Positions 1 to 12,918 of a stretch of DNA of 64,000 bases are shown piece after piece (the stretch's first letter is position 1; every line of letters begins with the position of its first letter). The translations under genes and the position numbers were made by a program. The stretch comes from Octopus sinensis (taxonomy: Eukaryota): contig NC_042997.1 of the NCBI RefSeq assembly GCF_006345805.1, positions 165,850,001 to 165,914,000 on the forward strand. The letters are read 5' to 3'. The notes under the pieces were generated by a model. It ran no database searches. It was not told the origin of the DNA and saw only the letters and a program-made list of their open reading frames with translations.

Positions 1-2195
1 CAAATTCCGTGAAGGTCGACTTGGCCGTTAACCCTTTCAGAGTCGATGAAATAAGTACCAGTTGACCGCTGTGGTCGATGTAATCGACTTAACCATCTCT
101 ATAAATTATTATTGGTGATTATTGTTGATATTTTTGTATTGCATGAAAGAGAAATATATTTTCAATCAATTCTGTCAACATGTGTTGACTTGCTTATGCA
201 CAAGACAATATCGCGCTATGTAAAATTATTATCTAAAATTATTTCGGTAGTTTATTTGATTTTCTGTGTATATCATTTAACTATATTAATATCAAGACAA
301 AAATGTTTTAAGAGTTCATTTTATCCGTCTTATTAAATTTCTGTTGCAGTTGCTTTAAAATATTTTATATATACATTAATTGATATTACTTATAATTTGT
401 TATCTAGTGATATTTTGATCTGTAACCCATAAAGGACTGGGATTTGCACAGCACATTTTATGAAAATGAGACTACCGTGCACTCATAAAAAACAAAAAAT
501 AGTTAAAATATCTTCTTAGTATGGTGGCAAGTTTTATGCCATCTGAAAAGTCATTAGTTGAACTATTAGTTCTCTTGCATTCGGGGGAGCGGGGTATCGG
601 AGCGTTTGAGTGACATTAGACCCCAGCAAACGCCCATAAATTAAATACATCTATTAGGGCCACGATCATGGCCTGTCAACCTGTGCTTGACGGCCAGGAT
701 TGTGGCCCGTCACAATTTATGTGTTAAATACAGGAAAACAAAAATTTTAACAACTATAATCTAAAATAACTGAAACTGGAAAAACGGCTCCTATAACATG
801 AAAAATATGAATATAGAATTAAAGATACCAAACTAAATAATGTAACGTGTTTATTCATAATGTCTAATGTAACATGTTTATGTGCTCTCCTGACAAACTT
901 GTATGCGCAACACTGGAGAAAAATAAATAAGTAGAAAGGTAAAATGTATCACAGTAACTAGCCTTCCTCTCCTGAGCAAGTTCTAGTCTGATGGACTACT
1001 GTGAAAGATATTCTATCTGGTCTCATGACTTGCTAGAAGTAGCAGTAAATCTCTCTCAAATTATACCCTACCATTTTTAAAAAATGTACAACTACATTGT
1101 GTACTATAGTTTAAGGTATACTAAAAGACAAGATGGTGAAGATGAATGCTTTTGATCATATATCTGTCTACTTACTTCAGGGCTGACTTGGGGCTAAATA
1201 ACAATATCCTAGACTTTATCCTCACAAAGCCATCTGATTGATTGATAAAGTCTCAGTCACCAGTGCTCTTCAACTTCTAACCTGTAGAATTCTTTACCTT
1301 TTCTATTGCAACTACAGTAGTTTTTTTTTTACTTTTAGAACTATCTAGCTGCATGCCAACTCTGTCCAAGATTTCCCCTCATCATTCACACTGTTTCACC
1401 TTCACACCAGTATACACAATTCTCCTTAGAACATCAACCCAGTGAAATTCTTTTACTCCCATATATTATCCTGTAGTTGTTGACTTTCAGATATTTAAAC
1501 TGAATACCAGTTGTATCAATCTCCAGATTAATGGAATGCCAGTGAAAGTGAAGGTCACAGCCCTATTCTTGCTGATTAAACATAAAAAAGATAGCATTTG
1601 ACCTATAAAATGTATAAAAATATTGTATCAATAAAAAGAAAAGTTTCAAAAAAATGAAAGGAAAGACGAGCAGTTTTCTAAATTTAATCATCATAGATAA
1701 AAATTATTTCAACTTTCTAGCTCCAGTAGTTTCTCTCACATAGGAACAGGCAATCAAGCAATGAACCAAACAAACCTGGTTAAGATAGCAACACTGAATT
1801 TTATGATGGTTGAACATGGTGGATGTGGAGAAGGATGGTAATGGTGTGTGACAACCGATATTTACTTGAAAACTTATTTTATTTCTGTGTGAAATGTTGA
1901 CAGTAGGTTAACTTGTGTAAAACAATTCTTATCTTACTGCAGTGACTACTCTTTTGTCTTCCTCCTCCCCCTCCTCTTTACTTTTCACTATCTCTCTCTC
2001 CTTACTTTGCTTCTTATTTCTTAATGTATTGTAACTCACTTGTTACAATCATGTTAGTGATAATTAACTTTTAGATATGAATTGCTGGGGTTAAAGAGAT
2101 TATGAAACTGAGAGTTACTTTCCAAGAGCATCATTAAAAGATTAAATTCTTAAACAAGTTGATTGATATATTCAGTTTACTGCTAACATTGTGAA

Positions 2196-2526
2196 GGTGC
2201 ATGATTCAGTAGTTAGAGCACCAAGCTTACAATCGTGAGGTTGTGAGTTCGAATTCTGGACCAGGCTGCGTGTTGTGTTCTTGAGCAAGACACTTTATTT
2301 CACGTTGCTCCAATTCACTCAGCTGTAGAAATGAGTTGCGACATCACAGGTGCCAAGCTGTATCGGCCTTTCCCTTTCCCTTGGATAACACTGGTGGCGT
2401 GGAGAGGGGAGGCCGGTATGCATGGGCGATTGCTGGTCTTCCATAAACAACCTTGCCCAGACTTGTGCCTGGGAGGGTAACTTTCTAGGTGCAATCCCAC
2501 GGTCAGTCATGACCGAAAAGGGTCTC
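2196..2526 (+). mobile_element. tRNA-derived CORE-like SINE family C
   Basis: GGTGCATG..TCAGT.GTTAGAGC (A box), GAGTTCGAATTC (B box) and TGTGTTCTTGAGCAAGACACTT. Other copies at 3220-3545 (+) and 31721-31985 (-). Confidence 0.88.
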
Positions 2527-4303
2527 AGCATCAACTGCTAACAGTGCTTTATCAAAATAACAAACACCATTGGAAAACTAAATTAAACCAGTGCTTGACG
2601 GGTAATTATTTTATCTAACATGGAAAGATAAAAAGCAGAATTAATCTTGGTGGAATATGAACTGAGAATATAAAAAGCATAACTAAATATTGGTTTCAAA
2701 TTTTAGCACAAGGCCAGTAATTTCAGGGGAGGGACTAAGTTGATTACAGCAACCTCAGCACTCAGCTGGTGCTTATTTTATCAACCCCAAAAGGATGAAA
2801 GGCGAAGTTGACCTTAGAACATAAGGATGGACAAAATACCACTCAGCATTTTGCCTGGTTTGCTAATAGTTCTGTCAGCTAGCTTCCTTAGCACAACTTA
2901 ATATTGTGAGATATTTCATCTAACAATGAACTAATTCCACATTCTATACCCTTGTAATAATAATGGTTTGGGGACTTAGGCACAAAGCAAGTGATTTCTG
3001 AGGGAAGGGATAAGTTAATAACACTGACTCCAGTACTTGACTGGTATTTTAATTAAAGGGATAAAAGGCAAAGTTGGCCTTGGTAAAATTTGATTTGAAC
3101 TCATAATGTAAAGAGCTAGAACAAATATTCTACGATATTTTGTCCAGTACTCTAATGATTCTATGAATTCATCACTTTTAAATTTGATGGGAGGGTCAAC
3201 TGTATCCGCTCTAAAGCAAATGGCTCAGTGGTTAGAGTGTCAGGCTTCCAATCATATAGTAGCGTGTTCTATTCTAGGACCAGGCTGTGTTGTGTTTTTA
3301 AGTAAGACTCTTTACTTCACATTGCTCCAGGTCACTCAGTTGTAGAAATGAGCTGTGATGTCACTGGTACCAAGCTGTATCGGCCTTTGCCTTTCCCTTG
3401 GTTAACCTGAGTGGTGTGGAGAGGGGAGACTGGTATGCATGGGCGACTGCTAATTTTCCATAAACAACCTTACTTGGATTTGTGGCTTGGAGGATAACTT
3501 TCTTGGTGCAATCCCATGGTCATTCATGACTGAGTGGGGTCTTTACCTTTTCTTAGTACTTGACTGGTGAGTTATTTTATTGAACCTAGAAGGATTAAAG
3601 GCCAAGTTGAATTTAGTGGGATTTGAAATTAGAATGCACAGAACTGGAAGAAATACCACAAAGCATTTTATCTGACATTAATGATCCTGCAAATCCACCA
3701 GCTTTAAATTTTGTGGGAGGGTTCAAGTTAATTACATTGACTCTCATGCTAGACCAGTACTTAATTTTATTGACTGATTTGAACTCAGAATGTAAAGTCA
3801 TAATTAAAGAATGAAAGGCATGTTGATAGGGTTCTCTAAATTATGATAATAAAACTCATGGCTTCCATGCTAATTCATGCTAACAATTCTGCAGGCAGTG
3901 AGCTGGAAGAATTGTTAGCAAACTGGGGTCAATTTTGACTTATGTCTTGTTGGGGTTGATAAAATAAATACCAGTTGAATACTGGGATCAAAATAATCAA
4001 CTCACCCCTTCCCCCAAAATTTTGGCCTTGTGCTAAAATTTGAAATCAATAATCATGGCTTCTAATTTAAGCACAAAGCCAGTAGCTTCCAACTCATGTG
4101 AGCATGGAAAAGTGGATGTTAAAATGATGATGATGTCTATTTTTTTTTGTGCTACTCTATCAGAAACATTCTTTGTCCAAGTGTTTCAGGTTCCATTCTG
4201 AACAGGAATTTGATGTTTCATAGTTTTTTTCTGTTACTGTAAAGTTGTGCAAAGTAAAAATGTTTGTTAAATAAAGTTGATCTACGTATTTCATTAATTA
4301 TAG

Positions 4304-4391
4304 TTGAACATAAAAATGAAGAATATACCAAAGTGAATTGTTTCCAAAAAGTTCCAGCAATTGATGATGATGGTTTTGTTCTTCGAGAAAG
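4304..4391 (+). CDS. GSTT: Glutathione S-transferase theta-class, internal coding exon (equivalent to vertebrate GSTT exon 2)
   Basis: Acceptor ttatag| and donor AG|gtataa. Encodes EHKNEEYTKVNCFQKVPAIDDDGFVLRES (thioredoxin-like domain, cis-Pro loop KVP, ES motif). 88 nt, phase 1 to phase 2, joins 11037 in frame. The upstream exon carrying the catalytic Ser was not found. Confidence 0.9.
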
Positions 4392-4960
4392 GTATAAATA
4401 TATTATTTTTGCTTAACTCCTTATTTTTTTCAAAGTATTTTTTATTTGCTGTATTGTTTTGGGATAACACCCAAGACTTCTTGTAGTGTGTAGTTATTTC
4501 TGTAAGTGACTGTCTTTTCGTTAAGTATAGCAACAGCAAAATGTTAAACTTCTTTCTGTATCTGATAAAACACTTGTCAATTTTTCAGTGCTTCTTTTGA
4601 TTTTTATATCATCTTCATCATTATTGTTATTGTCATCATCATCACTGTTGTTGTTATCATCATATAGTTCTACATACACTATGTGTTAAATAAATTGGGA
4701 TATGCAACCATGAGTGTAATGCCTTTCAATCAAAAACTGATCAGTATTGAACTGGAATGAAACAACACACTTGATAACATGACATAAGCCACTGATCTGT
4801 TGCCTGACTGATTATCTAGTGCTGTGTCCTTGTCGCTAATTCTGTATTTATTTATCCTTTCATTCATTTTACAAGGTATTTTGTTATATTTATACTGGCT
4901 TTAGTCTTTGGACTGCAGGCATACTGGGATAATATGCTGAAAGGTTTCTAGATGTTTATA

Positions 4961-7900
4961 CTGGGTCATCCCATAAATTATGTAGTTTTTTTAAATACTT
5001 TTATTGTTCTTAATTAAGGTAAACAAAGTTCTTTTTTAATCTAAAATATACTCTCCTTCATTTTCTACAATGCTTTTCCATTCGTCTGGTATACTTACAA
5101 GGCCCCTCTTCCAAAATTCATTTGTTTGTGATGAAAAAGCTTCCTCCAGTACTGTTCTGACCTTGTCTACAGAATTCATATTTTCTCTGTTTAAATGATT
5201 TTGAAGACAGCAGAATAAATGATAACCAGATGGGGTAACGTCTGGCGAATATGGTGGCTGGGGCATTGTTTCCCATTCAAACTGCTCCACCCTTTGGAAT
5301 GTCATCGTCACTGTATGTGACCAAGCATTATCCTGATGGAAGAACACAGATAACAACACCTTACATGGGTGAAGACCTTTAACCTGGGATGCTGGTGTTT
5401 TCTTCTTTCCCTACCCACTGTCTTCAGTGCTTGACTTTTTTATAGAGAACCCATTTCTTATCACCAGTCACTGTTCAGTCCAAAAAAGGTTCATTCATGA
5501 GACGTGACAGCAAAGAAGAGCAATACATTCACTCTCTGAATGTGATTAGTCTTGGAAAGTTTGTGAGGAACCTATTGACCCAATTTTCTGATTTTTCCGA
5601 TGGCACGCAGGTATTGATGAATGGTTGAATGACAAAATCCAAGCTTCTCTGCTAGTTCCTCAACAGTTACAGTGGAATTTTGTTCCACCAGGGTTTACAG
5701 GACATCCTCATCAAGCTCTACAGATCTTCCAAGACAAGGCTTGTGTCTTGTAGACTGTAGTTTCTGGCACAGAATTTCTGGAATGACCGTTGACTAGGGA
5801 TGTCACTGATGGGTTTTTCCACCCATATCTGGGTTTTTTTGAGCAATTATAGGTTTATGGGTTTTAATTTCCAAATTTACATTAAATCTGGGTTTTTAAG
5901 TTAGTTTTGGCTGCAAACTTATCTTTTATATATCATCTATAATCATCTTACATAATCAATTTATCGATACAAATATTATATGTGACATAATTAGCGATCG
6001 TACGCATTCATTATTTGTTTATACTTGTATCATACCAGACAACGACAAGTTACAACACGTTGGTGGCTGCTTGTATACTTGTCTTAAACTCTGACACCGC
6101 CAGATTTCGATTGTTACTCGTGATTTAAAATTTGTGTAACAACATTTTAAGTGAGTGTTTTTGTTTTGTAACCCTTTGCGAAGTAATGGCAGACAATAGT
6201 GTGTACAAAAAGAGGAAGTGGTACACTCAAACTTTCACGAAGTCGTGGTTGGAGGATGCTGAACTCAAAGATTCGGTTATGGCAAGATGATAAAAATCTT
6301 GACACTTGCTACGTTGTGTTGAAAATGCTAACAAACCAATGCTGTTAGTTCGTAAAATCACCGCCAAACACAAGAAAGCTTTTGGTTGTGCGAAATCTAC
6401 TATTAAAGTAAATCTGTTTATTGTTAGGAAAACAGATGATATATTAAATGAAAAATTGTTAAGGCAGGCTTGCTACTAACAGGTTATGTTGCTGAACATC
6501 ACGTACCTTTCGTCCATATAAATCATTTAGCTGAAATTTGTAAAAAGCCCTTTCCCGATAGTGAAATAGCTAAAGATCTACAAATGAAAAACGACAAAAT
6601 TAACATACATTACGAACGAAATGAAATCTTAGAAATTCTCAAGAAACAAGTTTTCATTATTAATAAATGAGAGTAGACATCTCAGTGACACAAATCTTAG
6701 CAATAGTTGTTCACTTTTTTGATGAACAATCGCTTAATGTCAAGGATGCTCTTCTGGATGCAAATGTAGTAGAAAATCAGGGTTTGTATGATGCTGTCAA
6801 GTCTACGCTTACAAAAGATGTATCTATGAGCAAACATATTTGGATTTGCCAGCGATAATTGCTCAACAATGATGGGTAACAAGAGCGGGTTTCAAAAGTT
6901 ATTGAGAAACGATATTCCAACTGTATTTACAACAGGCTGTGTTTGCCATTCATTTGCACTTTGTTCAAGTCATGCAGTGAAGGTGTTACCTTCGTATCTC
7001 GAGTCCTTTTTAAAAGACTTCTTACTTTTCTCGAAGTAGCAAACGTCAAAATGACTTCAATATGATACAGTGTTGTTGGTACAAACGAAAACAAGATTCC
7101 AAAGCTTTCGCAAGCTGTCACGTGAAACTGTAATTAACGTTATAATAGAACAGTGGGATGCTCTTGTACTTTATTTTCAGTCAGAGGCTAAAGTAGAAAA
7201 AGTGGACGGAGCAAAAAGGATCTATGAAACAATGATTAACAAAGGGACGGAGAACATGCTGCTCTTACTTTATATATTAAAGAAAGTAAATACTCTTAAT
7301 GTCGAGTTTCAATCGGAATACTTTTGACTGCATCTGTGGCATAGACTCGTATTCAGTGACTATAAAAGTATCCTTAGTTGCTTTTATAAAAGAGGATGTT
7401 TTAGCTGTATCTAAATTATTAGATATTGATCTTAATAACACAACAAATCACAAACATATGAGTGATATTTACCTCGGTGGACTTGCAATGAGATATCTCG
7501 AACAAAACCCTATCGTTGGTGACTCAGCTAGATTCAAAACTGATTGCAAAAAATTTTCAGTAGAATTATGCTCTCAAATAAAAATGTGCTTTCCACTCGA
7601 AGAAACTGGAGTGTTCGGCCTCTTAGAAGTACTTGATCCAAAAGTAGCGTGCGATCTCTCTAACTCTCCAGAAAACACTTGATGAAATAGATGATGGGTG
7701 GAGATTATTTTGGCAATATAAAGATATTCTTGTTTCCTCAAAAAGCATCCCTGAATTTTGGTATTCCATACGCAATCTTAAAGACATGTTTGACCACTGT
7801 AAATTTGAGAAGCTGTCACAATTCATGACTAATTTAACGGTGTTACCTCATTCATTAGTGTGCGTGGAGCACATATTTTCCCAAGTAAATTGCACAAAGA

Positions 7901-8530
7901 CAAAGTTCACTAATTGGCAGAAACGATCACTGATCGTCTACTCACTAAACAAGCAATTACAAGAAAGGGAGCGTCATGCATTTCTTTGGAGCCAAACGCT
8001 AAACTTATTAAAGATGTAGAGGATGGGTCTTGTCATCGTAGAAAATGAGTCTATCACCATTGAAGGAGTGACTGAAGATAATGTGGATATGTATGAAATT
8101 GACAATTAGTTGCCATATGATATAAAGTACGTATTAAATTCTGTATTCATTTTGTCATATATTTTATCATTAAATTACCAATTATATACCTATTTTCTAG
8201 CATCTGGGTGTTTTATTTGATGAGTGGCAACCCTGCTGTTGCCATGGCTTATGCTTATAGTGCATTAATATTCCTCGCACTTTCCATTGCTTTGTTGCCT
8301 TTATTGAACTCATAAAGCAAACTATACCGAATATGCTCTTTTGTCACTTCCAATATAGCTTTGAAAAAATAACTGCTAAAATCGAACTGCACTCTTCAAA
8401 ACTTGCACAAAGAATAAGGACAACGTAAAATTACTACCTGCTTTTATAGCAAGTTAATGCAGGTAGTTTATCCCCTTCTGACTTTAATTCATGCAATGGA
8501 GAAAACCGTATTGTTTATGGGATGACCCAA
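4961..8530 (-). mobile_element. Defective mariner (Mos1/Hsmar-type) transposon, split by a hAT insertion; in GST intron
   Basis: TIRs CTGGGTCATCCCATAAA (4961) and TTTATGGGATGACCCAA (ends 8530), each flanked by TA. Decayed transposase: EVTKEHIRYSLLYEFNKG (HTH, ~8240-8360), VPHKL, TGDKKW, HQDNA and PPYSPDVTPSGYHLF (5036-5790). Confidence 0.92.
5795..8235 (+). mobile_element. Defective hAT-superfamily transposon (probably Tip100-like)
   Basis: Imperfect TIRs TAGGGATGTCACTGATG and (revcomp) CAGGGTTGCCACTCATC. 8-bp TSD ccgttgac/ctgttgcc (6 of 8 match). Frameshifted transposase fragments from ~6186 to ~8100, including a hAT dimerisation-like segment LPHSLVCVEHIFSQVN. Confidence 0.88.
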
Positions 8531-9087
8531 TATAAATCCCTGCATTTATCCATTTGCTAAAATGATTAGTCACTGAATGAAGGGAGTTAACTCCCTTCTG
8601 TAAATTTACGTGCCTAACATCTGTATATATATATATAAGGCAGGATGTGTGCGTGTATATGTGATTGTAGTTTATACATATCCACAAATTAGCACGCATG
8701 TTGCTCAAATTTTAGGAGGACATTTGTTACGAACATAGCTGTATTTTCGTCAAATTATTTTCCCCCAAGGCACCCGCGAATAGCGGTAAATGATTTTGAG
8801 TCATAACTTCAATTTTCACAGTGGAGAAATCCACTGTAATGACGCCATTATTGTTGACAAGACATAAGTTAAGTCCCCTTCTAGCGACCGTGTAAAGAGA
8901 GGTAGGGAGAGAGAGAGAGAGATAACAGATTAAAAAAATTTCTTTTTAGTGAGTGATTGACAGACAAAAACAGACAGACAGGTATTGTTATGTATGTATG
9001 TATGTGTGAATGGCTTCAGTCACACACACACTCATACGAGCATTTATGCGTACAAAACAGATGCATGCAATGTGTGTGTTGACCGTG

Positions 9088-9489
9088 TATATATATATAT
9101 ATATATATATAAAGCTGAAGTTGTCTGTGTATGGCAGGTTTGGTAGCCTTCAACTAACACTATCTCTTCCAAGACCCTGCTGCACAAGTTGACCAAAATT
9201 GAGAGTATGATAGAAGAAGGCTTGCTCTTCCTTCCATAGAAGAAAAAATTCAAATCAGACCATGTTAACACCAAAAATTATTTACATCAGAAAGGTGCTT
9301 TTTTTCTATGAAAATCCCTATTTTTTACAATTTTTTTCCTGTTGTGTCACCATTTTTCGGTGTATTTCAACCAGAAAAGTGTTCACTTAAAGAGAATAAC
9401 AAGCTACATGTTGCAAAATTTTTACTTTTCAAAAATTCCAAATATAAAGGGTCGAAACAAACCCGAGCAACGCAGAGCGATACTGCCAG
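9088..9489 (+). mobile_element. Non-autonomous Helitron-like element
   Basis: 5' (TA)n-AAAGCTGAAGTTGTCTGT. The 3' end AAACCCGAGCAACGCAGAGCGATACTGCCAG is a diverged version of the termini of the 43688-44204 family; the interior is different. Confidence 0.7.
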
Positions 9490-10381
9490 TACACGGCTAA
9501 TAATACACACACAGAAATGTACATACATACACATCATTATCATCATCATCACCACCAAAACCACCTATGTTCACTTCTGTATGCTGTCATGGGTTGAACA
9601 GGTCTCAACATCTCATCATCTGGTACACAGCAAAATACAAAACTGCCATCTTCTATATGTATGATTTTTACAGCAGGATGTTCTTTCCTCCACCAACCAC
9701 ATTACAGCATAAACTTCGAGCATAAAAATATTTTATTATGCCACTGTATTAAAAATGTTGCCCCCCAACAAGACTGAAGCAAACTCTGTCCTTTATCTCC
9801 TCTATTCCTTGTTTTTTTTTTATAGTTGGATACCCTTCTTACTGTCTCTCATTTTATGACATGAACTGGTTATATTCTATTGTATCACTAGCACTAAAGA
9901 CATTGTCTCCGACAAGTGTCCCCTCTACTTTATATTGCCTCTATTTGCTCCAACCTATCATTAACCATCATATATAATTGCAGTTTTAATTCAGAGTTAA
10001 CACTCTGGCTTGTGGCAGAATCCCCATATCCTCCATGTGATTAGGGCAGAGCTCTTTCCATATTCTGTTGGGATTGTGCAAATTATCCAGCTTTTTTTAT
10101 AACTTGCCTTTACTACTTTGGTGGGAATTAGGGTCTGTGTTTATTCTTGCTTGTAAGGAAAATGGGTATATTGTTGTTTCAGTAATGAAACAGAGAAAAG
10201 CTTTTACAAGAGTAGTTAGCACTTTTGGATAAAAACATAGTATGGATATTACATGTATGGTGATGCAAACAAGAGAAATATGAGTTCTGTGGGTAGGCAC
10301 TTTTAATATTTAGTGGAAGCAACAGAGTGACTCAAGGGTCGAGAGTTTCATGCATTGGCTTATCAGTTTCATAAGTGCCTC

Positions 10382-10891
10382 CCGTAAATCCTTGAGTATA
10401 ATCTGCATTTTTTTGCCAAAATTTAAAGGTCAAAATCCCTAGTGCGTACTATATACGAGGTTAAAAACGAAAATTATTTTCAAAGCAATGTCAGAGACTA
10501 TTTGCTGTCCAGCAATGTTTATTCCGACGCATTTTGTGATGTTGGGCGTGAAAATACCTTAAGGTAAGCTTGAAAGCAATGAGGTTGTAAAAGAATCATC
10601 CATAACTTGCAATAACTGACATTTATTAAATGTTATTACTGTTATTTCTTTATTTTCTGCAAACAAAATGCACAAAAAAGCTACATGTTTGCATTATGTT
10701 ATATATACAATAATAATAAAGGACGTTACTGTATACAGTTTTACAAACCAAGGATGTTATATAGACCTCCTTGACTCAAGATAGAGAAGGGGTGCGTATT
10801 ATACACAAGGTTTAGGCTTTTCAGTGGTACAGCCCCCTAAAAATCCCCTGTGTATTATACTCAAGGGCAGACTATACTTGAGGATTTACGG
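10382..10891. mobile_element. Tc1/mariner-superfamily (Tigger/pogo-like) MITE
   Basis: TIRs CCGTAAATCCTTGAGTATAATCTGC and (revcomp) CCGTAAATCCTCAAGTATAGTCTGC. TA flank on the right, TC on the left. No ORF. Confidence 0.75.
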
Positions 10892-11036
10892 TATGCATTA
10901 AATTCTTGGCTCTTGAATCATTCTATTGTTTCTACTAAATATTAATAAAAATGTAGTATGGATATTAGATATAAGAAAATGTCTCTGTTACCGCAATAGT
11001 TTAACTTTTGCCTGATTTTTATTGTTTCTTTTTCAG

Positions 11037-11187
11037 TGTGGCCATTTTAAAGTACCTTACGATCAAAAATAATCTAGCTGACCATTGGTACCCAAAAGAT
11101 TTCCATACTCAGTTGCGTGTTGATGAATACCTCCACTGGCAACATTTTAACACACGCCTCAATGCTGCTATGGTGTTTCGGAATCTG
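11037..11187 (+). CDS. GSTT: GST theta internal coding exon (151 nt)
   Basis: tttcag|TGTGGCC...AATCTG|gtatga. Encodes (S)VAILKYLTIKNNLADHWYPKDFHTQLRVDEYLHWQHFNTRLNAAMVFRNL, with the theta-class HWYP...RVDEYLxWQH motif. Confidence 0.93.
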
Positions 11188-11573
11188 GTATGATGTTTTA
11201 CTACTTTTAAAAAACAAAATTTTAAAACCTACAAAACTAAATGATATTTGTACTGTATGTTAAGTATGATCATTCTGGTACTAGATTTTATAGACACTTG
11301 AGAAATAAAAGGCAAAGTTGACTTTAACCATGGCAGAATTTGAACTCAGAATGTAATGAGTTGGGAAAAGTATTGCTACGCATTTTCTCTGATGCTCTAA
11401 CTATTCTGCTAGCTTACCTCTTTTAATAATTGTTTCTAATTTAGGCTTAAATCCAGTAATTTTGTAGAGAAGGGGGCCAGTCATGTCAGTACTTGACTAG
11501 TTCTTATTTTGATCTTTGCAGTACTTGAACTTAAAAATTAAAGAGCCAGACCAAATATCTCAAGACATCTGTT

Positions 11574-11622
<49 letters not shown>

Positions 11623-12499
11623 CCTTCCTACTAAAGGCGCCAAGCTTGAAATTTTGGGAGAGGAATAGCTGATTGCTTCAACCCTAGTACTTGACTGGTA
11701 CTTAATTTATTGACCCTGAAAGGATGAAAGACAAAGTCGACCTTGCTGGAATTTGAACTCAGACATAAAGACAGATGAAATGCCACTAAGCATTTTGCCC
11801 AGTGTGCTAACGATTCTGCAAGCTTGCCACTTTTGTTGATAATAATGGTTTCAAATTTCGCTACAAGTGCAGCAATTTTGGGGAGGGAATGAGTCAATTA
11901 CTCTGACCCCAGTGTTCAATTATACTAATTTTTTCAACTCTAAAAGGATGAAAGGCAAAGCTGACCTCAGTGGAATCTAAACTCAGAATGTAATAACGGG
12001 CAAAATACCGCTAAGCATTTCATCCAGTGTGCTAACAGTTCTACCAGTTTGTCACCTTCTCAATGATAATAATAATAATAATGTCTCTGATAAAAGTACA
12101 AGGCCAGCAATTTTTTGAGGAGTGGGGTTAAATTGATATCATCAACACCAGTACTTGATTGTTACTTTATTTACAGTGGGATGAAAGGCAGAGTCGATCT
12201 TGGCAGGGCTTGAATTCAGGATGTAAAGAGGTAGAATGAATACTGCAAAGCATTTTTTCAATACTTTAGTGATTCTGCCAGCTCTCCACCTTACTATTCA
12301 TAATGTTTTCATATATGGGAGAATTATCTCAACTCTGTAGAAGTGGTGAAATAGGAAGTTGCGTGTGCACACACACACAGACTTTTACACACATATGCAC
12401 ATGCAGAACTACATTCATGCACATACATACACAAGCACATGTGTGTATCAGTTACTTTCAAATCAATTTGTAAATAATTTCAATCTATTTTTCTTGCAG

Positions 12500-12838
12500 C
12501 TGCTGGAACCCCAGCTGACAGGGAAACCAATTTCCTGGAAAAGAGTCGAGTTTTTTAAAAATGAATTGGCAACAACTGTTGAACACTTAGACAAAGCTTT
12601 TCTCCAAGACGGACCATATTTAGCTGGTCAGAAAAAAATATCAATCTGTGATATTCTTGGTGCTTGTGAACTGATGCAGCTCAATGCTGTTCATGAAGAA
12701 GCTTGTTATGAAAGTAACAGTAATGTTAACTCTTGGATGCAACGAGTGAAGAAAGATTTGTCCCCGCATTTTGATGAAGCTCACAAAATTGTTTATAGAG
12801 CAAGAGAAGTATTTGGTGAATCTAAAAGTAAGCTATAA
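12500..12838 (+). CDS. GSTT: GST theta terminal coding exon
   Basis: ttcttgcag|CTGCTGGAA, phase 0. Encodes LLEPQLTGKP...FLQDGPYLAGQKKISICDILGACELMQ...WMQRVKKDLSPHFDEAHK...KL-stop, the GST C-terminal helical domain. Confidence 0.93.
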   Translation: MLEPQLTGKPISWKRVEFFKNELATTVEHLDKAFLQDGPYLAGQKKISICDILGACELMQLNAVHEEACYESNSNVNSWMQRVKKDLSPHFDEAHKIVYRAREVFGESKSKL

Positions 12839-12918
12839 ATGGTAATAGGAATGTATGTTGCTGTCTTATTCAGTAGTTCCTAAACTATTTTTTAAAATCT
12901 GTACCTTGCTTTGGAGCA

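Noticed and set aside
2196-2270. tRNA genes at SINE heads
   Set aside because: A/B boxes are present but there is no complete cloverleaf, and each continues into a SINE body; no bona fide tRNA, rRNA or CRISPR array was found.
4124-4201. C/D-box snoRNA candidate (ATGATGA...CTGA) near the GST acceptor
   Set aside because: The C box is the (GAT)n tail of a SINE/RTE fragment; there is no terminal stem or recognisable guide.
5962-5969. DRE motif TATCGATA upstream of the hAT transposase (another at 40463)
   Set aside because: An AT-rich 8-mer occurring twice in 64 kb is compatible with chance.
12359-12499. ORF-track N-terminal extension MRVHTHTDF... of the GST ORF
   Set aside because: Intronic CA/TG-rich sequence upstream of the true acceptor at 12499/12500.
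4304-12838. GST as a cephalopod S-crystallin
   Set aside because: The motifs (HWYP, RVDEYLxWQH) are theta-class; S-crystallins derive from sigma-class GSTs.
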